DNA of 64,000 bases from a virus. Taxonomy: Duplodnaviria; Caudoviricetes. The stretch is from positions 25,012 to 89,011 of IMG/VR virus record IMGVR_UViG_3300017766_003652; one strand, 5' to 3'. The notes below the pieces were generated by a model. The model did no database searches, was not told the DNA's origin, and saw only the letters and a program-made list of their open reading frames with translations. Positions 18,009-26,814 of this stretch are shown in pieces; position 1 is the stretch's first letter, and each line of letters starts with the position of its first letter. The translations under genes and the position numbers were made by a program.

Positions 18009-18306
18009 CGAGAAGCGTTCTCTCCGGGCCAGTACCCCTGACCGATTCCTGATGGTCTCTATACACCATCTGAAAGCCGAGGGGGTCAATGATCGGTTTG
18101 TCCTCTTTGCTTGGGAGTACAGCCAGGAGGAGCAGGAAGCCTTGCCGGTTACTCCAGTTCTACGCCGTAGGGAACTGGAGTCCGCCCGTAAGTTTTGCCG
18201 GGATCAGGGCTTGATCCCGTTGCCAACCTCGGAGAAGGACCCGTTGAACACTCTGGAGTACTGGGTCCAGGCGGACGCCCGCAGTATCATCGAATCATGG
18301 ACATAG
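17992..18306 (+). CDS. Hypothetical protein
   Basis: GAGG upstream; overlaps terS end. Confidence 0.45.
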   Translation: MRVPASEKRSLRASTPDRFLMVSIHHLKAEGVNDRFVLFAWEYSQEEQEALPVTPVLRRRELESARKFCRDQGLIPLPTSEKDPLNTLEYWVQADARSIIESWT

Positions 18307-18710
18307 ACCGTTTATTCGTGACTCCCCACTTTTGCCCAGACCTCCGGGCAAACCTCACCAAGGCTATAACCGCAGTTGAGGGGGCTTCCTCTGTGAGGTT
18401 CCCTCCCCTCCTCGCCTTCACAATGGAGGTGCCCAAGAATCTGGGGGACCACCTCCGGGATCAGTACACCGCCGCGGCAAAAGCCCAAGGTCTCCCGCAC
18501 TGCATCATGGTATCGAAGTTCACCTTCCCTTTCTATAATCCGGGGAAAGCCTACGTTGCCTTGCTTTACCCTATGGACCCATCGGCGTTCCTGGTACTGA
18601 CCCAGTCTCAGGGTGGAGATGGGGAGGAGATCCTTCTGGCCCTGCACCGTAACTGGGCAAGGTTGTATCAATCCCCTTTGCTGAGCCTGCTGGGCTCTGA
18701 GGAAAACTGA
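18297..18710 (+). CDS. Hypothetical protein
   Basis: MDIDRLF start in 18195 frame. Confidence 0.5.
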   Translation: MDIDRLFVTPHFCPDLRANLTKAITAVEGASSVRFPPLLAFTMEVPKNLGDHLRDQYTAAAKAQGLPHCIMVSKFTFPFYNPGKAYVALLYPMDPSAFLVLTQSQGGDGEEILLALHRNWARLYQSPLLSLLGSEEN

Positions 18711-18711
18711 C

Positions 18712-19026
18712 ATGCTCCCTTACCGCAACTATGACCGCCGGCTCCAACCGTCCCACCACGGTCTCATCCTGACTGACTGGTTCGATAAGTCCTGCCAGGC
18801 ATTGACCGCTGACCGTGCCCTGGTCCAGCTCGTATTCAACACCCTGGTGGCCTGGAAGCAAAAGGGCTTCCAGTACATTGGGGAGCCCTTGGATGGCTCG
18901 GAGGTGGTACACCCTACCTCTCGCCGTCCTACAAACTGCCGAGTGGTCGCCGCGATAGAATCCAAAGCCGCGGCTGACCATCTCCTCGACCGGTTGAAAT
19001 CCGGTTGGCGTACTATCAACACATAA
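18712..19026 (+). CDS. Hypothetical protein
   Basis: Tandem ORF, GAGG upstream. Confidence 0.5.
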   Translation: MLPYRNYDRRLQPSHHGLILTDWFDKSCQALTADRALVQLVFNTLVAWKQKGFQYIGEPLDGSEVVHPTSRRPTNCRVVAAIESKAAADHLLDRLKSGWRTINT

Positions 19027-19046
19027 CCGTTCTCGAAAGGACAACC

Positions 19047-19925
19047 ATGCAACCCACAAGCGTCCCGGTACTCCCGCCGCTACCAAGCTCCGCCACCTAC
19101 GGACCGGAGCAACTCCAGATCTTCACCCGCTTCAATCGGGGCACCTACATGGCCAAGTTCGGCCAGCAAGCCCCGCCTTGGGACAAATCCAAGCCGATCA
19201 AACGCTGGTTCCATACCGGCGCCGCTTCGACGGAGAACTACCTCTACTTCAACGACAGCGCAAAGCAACTCCAGGTCATGACGATGTCCGCCGAGGAAGC
19301 GGCATCGATCAACCTGCCGGGGTCCTATGACTACCCCGCCTACGTTATCGCCCCGACCCCGGCCACCATCATTTCCATGGGCTCCCGGTATCCGGTCCGC
19401 GCCGATGTCCTCAGCGCCGAGGAGGATGCCAGGGGCCTGGCGGATATCCTCCAGCGGTTTCTCGGTCCGGTCCCGGCGATACAGGTGCGGGAGAGCGACT
19501 CCTTTACCGGGGTCAACCTCGCGGTGGACTGGGGCGCCGAGACCCGGCGAGCCTGGACCGTTGTGATCGGGAGCCAGGCTTACTCCGTGGGCCTCCTCCT
19601 CCGCACCCGCAACCTGAACGGGGTCGGGGCTCCCGGAGTCTGGAATGTCAAAGTGGGCCTCGCCCCGACCTGGGCCCCGGCCAGCCCTGGCGAGACCGGG
19701 GAACAGGATATCCGCCCGGAGGTTCCGATTCCCTGCCGTGCCCTCCAGCAGAACGAGTCCATCCGCCCGCATCCCCTGGGTCCGGTCTATATCTACCGCA
19801 ACGACATGCCGAATCCGTTTGAGACCGCGACCGGAGCCGGCGGCGGCTTCTCGGATAGCGACCGCAACACCCTCACCACGATCCTGAATAACACTCAGGT
19901 CATTCTCGCCAATACCGCCCAGTAA
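19047..19925 (+). CDS. Hypothetical protein (292 aa)
   Basis: AAAGGA upstream; strongly C-ending codons; terminator follows. Confidence 0.7.
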   Translation: MQPTSVPVLPPLPSSATYGPEQLQIFTRFNRGTYMAKFGQQAPPWDKSKPIKRWFHTGAASTENYLYFNDSAKQLQVMTMSAEEAASINLPGSYDYPAYVIAPTPATIISMGSRYPVRADVLSAEEDARGLADILQRFLGPVPAIQVRESDSFTGVNLAVDWGAETRRAWTVVIGSQAYSVGLLLRTRNLNGVGAPGVWNVKVGLAPTWAPASPGETGEQDIRPEVPIPCRALQQNESIRPHPLGPVYIYRNDMPNPFETATGAGGGFSDSDRNTLTTILNNTQVILANTAQ

Positions 19926-19950
19926 ACGGCGGTCACCTTCAACCTCAGCA

Positions 19951-19975
19951 GGGCCCCCATCTCCGGGGGCCCTTT
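19951..19975 (+). terminator. Intrinsic terminator-like hairpin
   Basis: GGGCCCCC-ATCTCC-GGGGGCCC plus TTT. Confidence 0.6.
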
Positions 19976-19990
19976 CCATAGGAGCCTCTC

Positions 19991-20326
19991 ATGTCCATAG
20001 ACCTCAATGCCTCAATCGATCTTCTCGATATCTCCACTCACAATGGCCCGGAGAAGACCATGGCCGTGCCGCGGACTACCGTAACCGGGGATGGTCTCAA
20101 CCTCGCTTTCTCCGGCATCGCGAACTTCGATATCGATTTGAAACAGGACGCCGCGGATCGGCGCCCCGTCATCCGCATCGGTTTCTACCTCGATACCCCG
20201 GCGCAACTGCTCAAGTACGCCCCGCAACTCCTCGGTATTATCCGGGACCAATGGATCGCTCAGCAGCAGGAATCCAGCTCCACCCAGGCGACGCCGGAGG
20301 TGGGAGGGGGACCCGAGGTACCCTAA
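19991..20326 (+). CDS. Hypothetical protein
   Basis: AGGAG upstream. Confidence 0.6.
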   Translation: MSIDLNASIDLLDISTHNGPEKTMAVPRTTVTGDGLNLAFSGIANFDIDLKQDAADRRPVIRIGFYLDTPAQLLKYAPQLLGIIRDQWIAQQQESSSTQATPEVGGGPEVP

Positions 20327-20388
20327 AGGGTCCCCGGACCGTCCTGGGTCGATCCTAGCGAGAAGTAAAGGGACCGTACAATCAAGCC

Positions 20389-20691
20389 ATGGCTATAGAA
20401 GGACTCACTCAAGCAGAAGTCAAGGTACTGGCAGAAACCTCAAACTTCCCCACCGGGATTCTTGGGACTGAAAGCCTGTTCCCAGCGAACCGCCCGTACT
20501 TGTCCCGCCTAACGGATATCCTGAAGGATGTCCCTGATGCGGTACTCAACGCAAATTTCAAAGATCAAAGTGCCCGGGAAGAACTCTTTCGGCGGCACTT
20601 GAATAACAGACTCGGTCAGATGGTCCGCTTTATGACCTATGAGCGGCGTAAGAAAGCAAAGGAGCTTAACAATGGACGCGACAAGCGATAA
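20389..20691 (+). CDS. Hypothetical protein, probably leaderless
   Basis: TACAAT(20377)-N6-ATG. Confidence 0.6.
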   Translation: MAIEGLTQAEVKVLAETSNFPTGILGTESLFPANRPYLSRLTDILKDVPDAVLNANFKDQSAREELFRRHLNNRLGQMVRFMTYERRKKAKELNNGRDKR

Positions 20692-21514
20692 CGTGCTGGC
20701 GATGCCGGCCCCGGTACCTCCCGGAGATGAGGAGGGCGGTTCCCTTCTGGAGCTGGCTGATGGCAAGACCTATCGGCTGGTCTTCGATGGGGTGGCCATC
20801 ATGGCCCTTGACGATCTCATGGGGATCAACTTCATCGAGGGCAAGTTCATCCCCAATAACGCCACCCGTTTGCGGGCCCTGCTCTGGGCGTGCACCCGGG
20901 CCCATCACCCGGAACTTACCCTGGAGGATGTCGGGGATCTGGTCCTGGCTGCCAATATGACCGGGGTCATGGCTGCCGTTTATCAGCTTCTCTCCGGGAA
21001 CGCCAAGAAGGACCCCGATAGCCTGGCGCCGTTTGTCCCCTCCCATCTGGAGGTGGTTGAGAAAGCCCTGGCTCTCTCCGGGCTCCGGGAGGGTCAGCGG
21101 TTCGCCGACCTGGGCTGCGGAGATGGTCGGGTCCTCGCAAAGGCCTTTGCCATTACCAAGACCCATGTCCTTGGGTACGAGTACGATGCTGGCCGGGCCA
21201 AGCAGAGCCGGGACCTGCTGGAGCTGATGAAGATCGATGGCCGGATCGTGGAGGATAAGATTCAGAACGCCGACCTCCTCGGTATCGACGTCGTGTTTGT
21301 CTACCTCCTGACCGAGAGCAACGCCCGGTTGAAGGCGAAACTCCTCCAGTTCCTCAAGCCGGGGGCCAAGGTAGTCAGCCATGACTTTCCGATGCCCGGC
21401 TGGACGAGCCAGGTAGAGGAGCGGTTCGTGATCGCGGACGGCGACAACCCGGAAGCCGGGATCAGCCACTCGGTCTTCGTTTACGAGATCGGGGAAGGGA
21501 CCCCGGCAGAATGA
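20672..21514 (+). CDS. Tail-assembly-chaperone-like domain fused to class I SAM-dependent methyltransferase (FAM173/aKMT-like)
   Basis: N-terminal LRALLWAC...HPELTLEDVG; C-terminal PFVPS, DLGCGDGRV, GYEYD, DVVFVYLL, LKPGAKVVSHDFPMPGW; GGAG upstream of ATG 20672. Confidence 0.8.
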   Translation: MDATSDNVLAMPAPVPPGDEEGGSLLELADGKTYRLVFDGVAIMALDDLMGINFIEGKFIPNNATRLRALLWACTRAHHPELTLEDVGDLVLAANMTGVMAAVYQLLSGNAKKDPDSLAPFVPSHLEVVEKALALSGLREGQRFADLGCGDGRVLAKAFAITKTHVLGYEYDAGRAKQSRDLLELMKIDGRIVEDKIQNADLLGIDVVFVYLLTESNARLKAKLLQFLKPGAKVVSHDFPMPGWTSQVEERFVIADGDNPEAGISHSVFVYEIGEGTPAE

Positions 21515-21684
21515 GCATCCACATCGAGATAGGCGTTCACCTGGCGATCACCGTGGGGGTGGTCGCTCTCCTAGCCTTTGTAGGGCTAGCGGCATGGGCC
21601 AACCGCAAGCCGGAGATCACAACCAAGAACTTCAACTGCCAGATTCACAAGACCCAGGAGGAGCCGCCCCATGAAGCAGCCTAG
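21511..21684 (+). CDS. Small membrane protein (57 aa)
   Basis: LAITVGVVALLAFVGLAAWA helix; ATGA overlap. Confidence 0.55.
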   Translation: MSIHIEIGVHLAITVGVVALLAFVGLAAWANRKPEITTKNFNCQIHKTQEEPPHEAA

Positions 21685-22021
21685 CCAGCCGGCCCTCGAA
21701 GGTCTCCCTCCCGAACTGCTCATCCGTGGCAGCCGGGAGGGGGAGCCCCTGGAGACTCCGGAACTTTGTCGGCGGGTCTCGGTGCGGATCGTGGCCCCGC
21801 TCCTCCTGGAGATCTTCAAACGCAACGTGAACGACCCTGCCATCTGGGCTCGGGTCGTGACCCCGGATATCCCCGCGGATGCCAAGGTGGTGGGGGTTAG
21901 CCTTGATCCCTATGCCGGCTCTGATGTCTTCATCATGATTCTGGAGTCCGCCTCTTTTGCCCCTGTACCTTGGGGGCAGCAGTGTCCGGAACTCCTGATA
22001 ACCTTTCATCAGCTACCCTAA
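21671..22021 (+). CDS. Hypothetical protein
   Basis: AGGAGG upstream; TAATG overlap. Confidence 0.6.
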   Translation: MKQPSQPALEGLPPELLIRGSREGEPLETPELCRRVSVRIVAPLLLEIFKRNVNDPAIWARVVTPDIPADAKVVGVSLDPYAGSDVFIMILESASFAPVPWGQQCPELLITFHQLP

Positions 22022-22497
22022 TGGCCAAAGCAACAGAGATCGTCGAGGTCCGTTTCATCGGGGTGGTCTATCTGTACCTGAAGGGAACCCTGTTCTTTCC
22101 TATCAAGGTCAGGAGCGAGGTCGAACGCAAGTTTGTCCGTAGCCTCTGGCGAGATAAGGCAAAGGGCAGGACCACCCGGTTTGTCCAGTTCGAACACCCG
22201 CTACTGGCCTCCAGTATGTTCCTTTTGAAGATCCGGTTCTCCGTCGACGAAGAGCCGGTTCAACGGATGTTTGTGGATACCGAAACCACTACCGAGGTCC
22301 TCTGCTGTCTCTGGGAGGCTCAGAACCACAAGCATGTTGCCCAATATCAGATTCCATCCACTTACTTCATGGGAACCCCGGTACCGGAAGCCCCTCACAA
22401 GTTAAGCTGGGGTGAGATCCTAACTGTAGCCAGGCTCAGGGAACGCTTAAAGGTGGAGGACTCCTTCCCCAAAAAGAAAGGCTGGGTCCCCTTCTAA
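22021..22497 (+). CDS. Hypothetical protein
   Basis: MAKATEIV start coupled to upstream stop. Confidence 0.55.
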   Translation: MAKATEIVEVRFIGVVYLYLKGTLFFPIKVRSEVERKFVRSLWRDKAKGRTTRFVQFEHPLLASSMFLLKIRFSVDEEPVQRMFVDTETTTEVLCCLWEAQNHKHVAQYQIPSTYFMGTPVPEAPHKLSWGEILTVARLRERLKVEDSFPKKKGWVPF

Positions 22498-22522
22498 CGC
22501 GCCCTATATAATCGAGCCGAGG

Positions 22523-22560
22523 AAAGGCAACCCCCTGACCGGGAGTTGCCTTTTCCTTTT
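22523..22560 (+). terminator. Intrinsic terminator
   Basis: AAAGGCAAC...GTTGCCTTT plus TCCTTTT. Confidence 0.75.
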
Positions 22561-22637
22561 GGGTGGGTTAGGCTTGGAATCGGTTAGTGTGATCGCGGCG
22601 GTGCCGGCGTAAGGATCTTCAATCTAGGGAGAAGTCT

Positions 22638-23951
22638 TTGCTAGACACCGCTACAGGCTGGCGGGCTGTCATCAACAGCCACCCGGAGCTTCTCAGGAAG
22701 CTCACGCCCCGCTTCAACAAGTACATTCCCATACGCCCCAATGCGAAGCAATGGGTCGCCCTCCTACTTAACAACGTCCCGGAAGTTTTCTATGGTGGCG
22801 CTGCCGGAGGGGGCAAGACTGACTGGCTCCTCGCCGAGGCCCTCCAGTATGTTGACGTCGAGAACTATGCGGCGCTCATCCTCCGCAGAACCTACAGCCA
22901 GCTGGATATGCAGGACTCCATCCTACATAGAGCCCACCTATGGCTCCGCAACACTGAGGCGATCTGGCAACCCAAGCAGTACAGGTACCTATTCCCCTCG
23001 ACCGGGGCCACTGTTACCTTTGGCTATCTGGAGAATGAGGCTGACAAGTACCGATATGACGGCCCAGCGTTCCAGTGCGTTTGCTATGATGAGCTAACCC
23101 ACTTTAAGGAGTCACAGTACACCTTTCTGGCCAGCCGCCTCCGCAAACCTCCGGGGATGCCCGTTCCCCTCCGCCTCCGATCCGCTAGCAACCCGGGAAA
23201 CTTGGGGCATGGGTGGGTGAAGGATCGGTTCGTTAAGAGCAACTCAGCCGACCGCATCTTTGTACCGGCCAAGCTGGAGGATAACGCCGAGCACGTTGAT
23301 ATCGCCTCATACGAACGCTCCTTTGCGATCCTTGATCCGATCACCCGCAAACAGCGGCGGGAAGGGGACTGGGATGCGGATATCGAAGGGGCTTACTTCA
23401 AACGCAGTTGGTTCACACAGTTCGTAGATGCCGAGCCCGCCAAACTACATGCGGCCCGCGCATGGGATCTGGCAGCGACCCAGGGAGCGGGCGACTTTAC
23501 CTCCGGGGCCAAAGTAGGGACCGACCCGGACAAACTATGGTATGTCTGCGATATCAAGTCCGGGCAGTACTCCTCCCTCACTGTACGCCGGTTAATCCGG
23601 CACGTAGCGGAGACTGATGGAAAGATACCTATCATTCTGGAGCAGGAACCTGGGTCTGCCGGAAAGACCGTTGCTGAGGACTACATCCGGCAGCTGGCCG
23701 GTTGGCGAGTTGAGGCAATTCCCTCGACCAAGAAGAAGTACATCCGGTGGCAGCCCTTTATCTCTCAGTGTGAGGCGGGCAACGTAGTCATCGTGAACGG
23801 GGCCTGGAACGTCTCTTTCTTTCAACAGCTGTTCTCTGTACCCTTCTCCGCCCATGATGACGATGTCGACTCGGTGACCTCGGCGTTCAATTGGTTGGCA
23901 AAGAATCCCTCTGGCAGATTCGGTATTAGTTTCCTAGGAGGTCGGCGATGA
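22638..23951 (+). CDS. terL: Terminase large subunit
   Basis: Walker A YGGAAGGGKT, Walker B CYDELTHF, ASNPG coupling motif, nuclease AWDLAAT...HDDDVDS. Confidence 0.95.
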   Translation: MLDTATGWRAVINSHPELLRKLTPRFNKYIPIRPNAKQWVALLLNNVPEVFYGGAAGGGKTDWLLAEALQYVDVENYAALILRRTYSQLDMQDSILHRAHLWLRNTEAIWQPKQYRYLFPSTGATVTFGYLENEADKYRYDGPAFQCVCYDELTHFKESQYTFLASRLRKPPGMPVPLRLRSASNPGNLGHGWVKDRFVKSNSADRIFVPAKLEDNAEHVDIASYERSFAILDPITRKQRREGDWDADIEGAYFKRSWFTQFVDAEPAKLHAARAWDLAATQGAGDFTSGAKVGTDPDKLWYVCDIKSGQYSSLTVRRLIRHVAETDGKIPIILEQEPGSAGKTVAEDYIRQLAGWRVEAIPSTKKKYIRWQPFISQCEAGNVVIVNGAWNVSFFQQLFSVPFSAHDDDVDSVTSAFNWLAKNPSGRFGISFLGGRR

Positions 23952-24604
23952 AGCGCATCAAGATCAGCCCTGCGCAAGATAAGCGGGAGGGAACCTCCAC
24001 CGTACCGGCTTCCCGGGTCCAGGTTAGCCGCCTCAAGATCAAGCCCCACGGGCACGCGGAAGTGGAAATCTATCCGCTGGTTCTACGCCTGGTCAAGCGG
24101 TGCTATAAGGGCATCGCCGAGGATGGCCGGCTAGAGTATCAAGACCTTATCAGTGAAGGGGTCCTCGCCGTACTGGAATGCCTACGCCGGTACAAACCGC
24201 CCAAGGGTAAGGCAAAGCCTACCAAGTTCTCGACCTTTGCGTTCTTCCGGATAGTCGGAGCCCTCAAGGATGTCGTCAAGAAGCAGGACAAGTTTGGGGT
24301 ACGGATACAGCTCGTGGGCGGGGATGAGTTTGACCAGCAGGTAGCCCGCCCCAGTTTCCTGGAAATGGATGTCTCGAACCGGGAACTCTTCCTGAAGGTT
24401 ATCCAGATCATAGAGAAGAAACTCCCGCCGACTCTGGCGGTCGTGCTTATCCGGTCCTACCTGGAGGAGTGGCCGGATCGAACCATAGCCAAGGAGCTGG
24501 GGGTTACCTTGGTTCAACTTGAAATACTCCGGCAAAAAGCTCTGGAGGGGGTACGCCACCAGCTCCCTGTATCCCGGAAGCAGTTTGGAACCTGGGTCGG
24601 ATGA
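23948..24604 (+). CDS. Sigma-70 family RNA polymerase sigma factor, FliA/WhiG-like
   Basis: Region 2 QDLISEG...KFSTFAFFRIVGALKD; region 4 HTH LPP...TIAKELGVT...ALEGVR. Confidence 0.85.
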   Translation: MKRIKISPAQDKREGTSTVPASRVQVSRLKIKPHGHAEVEIYPLVLRLVKRCYKGIAEDGRLEYQDLISEGVLAVLECLRRYKPPKGKAKPTKFSTFAFFRIVGALKDVVKKQDKFGVRIQLVGGDEFDQQVARPSFLEMDVSNRELFLKVIQIIEKKLPPTLAVVLIRSYLEEWPDRTIAKELGVTLVQLEILRQKALEGVRHQLPVSRKQFGTWVG

Positions 24605-24630
24605 GATTCGATAACTAGGGAAGGCAAATC

Positions 24631-26034
24631 ATGCAAAGTTCTCTCATTAAAACAATCACGGCGCCGATCAGTACGGTCTGGTCCGCTTTCACCAAGAGTG
24701 TAGCGGTCCGGGCTGCCTCCATGAAGTTCCAGGCAGTCCGAGGTGTGTTCTCGAACCCTTATGATGGCATCAGTTTCCATCAGGCCTGCCAGCTTGGGTA
24801 CAAAGGACTGGTCTGGGTGTACCGCTGCATCAATGCCTACGGTGATGCGGTGGGCAGCGTAAAGTGGGTCGCCTACCGAGTGAAAGAGGATGGCTCTGAG
24901 GAGCTGCTCCCGAATCATCCGCTGGAGCAACTCGCCAATAAGCCGAACCCTTACATGGCGAGGAAAGAGTTCTACAGCCTCTGGGGAATCTACCTGATGC
25001 TGGCCGGGGAATCCTATTGGGAAGTTGCCTATGACTCCAAGAAGATGCCGCGGTTCCTGTATCCTGTCCGGCCCGATTGGATCAACGCGATTCCGCACCC
25101 GGTGACGTTTATCAATGGCTACCTATTTGATCCGGGCGGTGGCGAGAAACCTACCCGCATGGAGAACGACGAGATCGTTTGTTTCAAGTTCCCGAACCCG
25201 GAGAATGACTATAAGGGGCTCTCGCCTCTATCGGCTGGTATGCGGACCCTGGAAACGGAGAACCGCATTATCAATTGGAACAATAGCCTTCTCGAAAACA
25301 ATGCGGTTCCCGGTGGTGTCCTCTCGGTCCCCTCCACCTCCCTGGAAACCACGGAGCGGGACGATCTGGTCAGGACCCTGGAAGAAGAGTACTCGCGGCG
25401 TAACGTACACCGGCCTATGGTCCTCTGGGGTGGGATGCAATGGACCCAGATGTCCCTATCACAAAAGGATCTGGATTTCGCCGGCTTGAAGAACCTGACC
25501 AAGCAGGAGATTCACGGCGTGCTCGGCGTGCCGGAGGAGTTGACCAACGCAAACCCCGCGGCCAAGTACGAGAACAAAGCCCAAGCGCGGACCATGTTCT
25601 GGGAGGATCGGGTCCTTCCTCTCCTCGATTGGCTGACCAACACTTTCAACATGCGGCTCGCCCCTTTGTACGGGGATGGAGTCCTGCTCCGTGCCGACAT
25701 CTCCAATCATCCGGCGATGATTGACGCCTTCATCCGCAAGGTGAACACGGCGAAGATACTTGTCGAAGCCGGCTGGCCTTTGAACGGGGTCAATCGCCGG
25801 CTAGACCTGGGCATGGGTGATGTTGCTTGGGGCAACGTGGCTTGGATGCCCTCCAGCAAGGTTCCGGTCGGAGATGAGGAAGGCCACCTGCTCGATCCCA
25901 CCAACCTCCCGGACCCGGAGGAGGAAGACCCGGCTGATCCTATCGAGGAGCCGGATGAGGACGAGGCCGAGGCTGAGGCCCGGCAGGAAGACGTTTCCGA
26001 AGACAAACCAAAGAAGCCGAAGAAGGGGATCTAA
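24631..26034 (+). CDS. Portal protein (HK97 family)
   Basis: WVYRCIN, PNPYM, GESYW, GLSPL, NNAVPGG, GVP motifs; position after terL. Confidence 0.95.
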   Translation: MQSSLIKTITAPISTVWSAFTKSVAVRAASMKFQAVRGVFSNPYDGISFHQACQLGYKGLVWVYRCINAYGDAVGSVKWVAYRVKEDGSEELLPNHPLEQLANKPNPYMARKEFYSLWGIYLMLAGESYWEVAYDSKKMPRFLYPVRPDWINAIPHPVTFINGYLFDPGGGEKPTRMENDEIVCFKFPNPENDYKGLSPLSAGMRTLETENRIINWNNSLLENNAVPGGVLSVPSTSLETTERDDLVRTLEEEYSRRNVHRPMVLWGGMQWTQMSLSQKDLDFAGLKNLTKQEIHGVLGVPEELTNANPAAKYENKAQARTMFWEDRVLPLLDWLTNTFNMRLAPLYGDGVLLRADISNHPAMIDAFIRKVNTAKILVEAGWPLNGVNRRLDLGMGDVAWGNVAWMPSSKVPVGDEEGHLLDPTNLPDPEEEDPADPIEEPDEDEAEAEARQEDVSEDKPKKPKKGI

Positions 26035-26038
26035 GACT

Positions 26039-26725
26039 ATGCCGGTTACCATCGACCAGACAACCCACCGCCTCCCCGTGGATCAGTACTTCAACATTCC
26101 ACAGGTGAAGTCCTCGGTGGTGCTGCACTTTACCGCTGGAGGATCTGTAGCCGGGGCTGTCGCCGCCTGGAGGAGCGACTTGCTCCAGGTAGGAACCGCC
26201 TACATTGTGGACCGGGAAGGGGCGATCTTTGAAATCTTCCCACCGCAATGTTGGGCGTACCATCTGGGCATTCGAGGGGCGGACGCCGAGCATCGGGAGG
26301 ATAAGCGGAGCATCGGCATTGAGCTGGTGAACTTTGGCCCCCTCCGTTATCAGAGCCGGGTCCCTGGTCAGGACCCCACCGGCAGAGATGGTACTCTCTA
26401 CTGCTGGCCCAACATATGGCGGACCCCGTACTGCCTGGGTCACGAAACCGGCAAGTACATTAAGCAAGAGTACAGAGGCGAGAAGTACTTCGCCACCTAC
26501 ACCGAGCGCCAGATCACGGCAGCCTCCGCCCTCACCGCCTACCTCTGCGACCGGTTCCGTATTGAGCCCCGGTTCCTCCAGGCAACCGGGCTGGAGGAGT
26601 TCAACCTTCAGAAGGCGATGGCCCACAAAGGCATCCTCAGCCATCAGAACTACCGGTCGGACAAGACCGATGTCGGACCGGCTTTCCCCTGGGAACAGTT
26701 CAAGCACAGCTGGCTGCTCCCTTAA
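26039..26725 (+). CDS. N-acetylmuramoyl-L-alanine amidase (Amidase_2/AmpD-like endolysin)
   Basis: VVLHFTAG, AYIVDREG, WAYHLG, SIGIELVN, LSHQNYRSDKTDVGPAFPW. Confidence 0.9.
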   Translation: MPVTIDQTTHRLPVDQYFNIPQVKSSVVLHFTAGGSVAGAVAAWRSDLLQVGTAYIVDREGAIFEIFPPQCWAYHLGIRGADAEHREDKRSIGIELVNFGPLRYQSRVPGQDPTGRDGTLYCWPNIWRTPYCLGHETGKYIKQEYRGEKYFATYTERQITAASALTAYLCDRFRIEPRFLQATGLEEFNLQKAMAHKGILSHQNYRSDKTDVGPAFPWEQFKHSWLLP

Positions 26726-26814
26726 ACCCCGCGGATTTCTCGCGGATTCCCTGCGCCACGCGATTTCAAACCCCGGTTAGGTGCCCAAGGTACCCCGGAC
26801 CCCTAGAGAAGCCC

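Noticed and set aside
19080-19979. 299-aa minus-strand ORF
   Set aside because: Antisense shadow of 19047-19925, expected from GC-rich codon bias; no motif or ribosome-binding site.
20672-21514. DNA methyltransferase interpretation
   Set aside because: No DPPY/NPPY or PC catalytic motif; the motif set fits protein methyltransferase-like class I enzymes.
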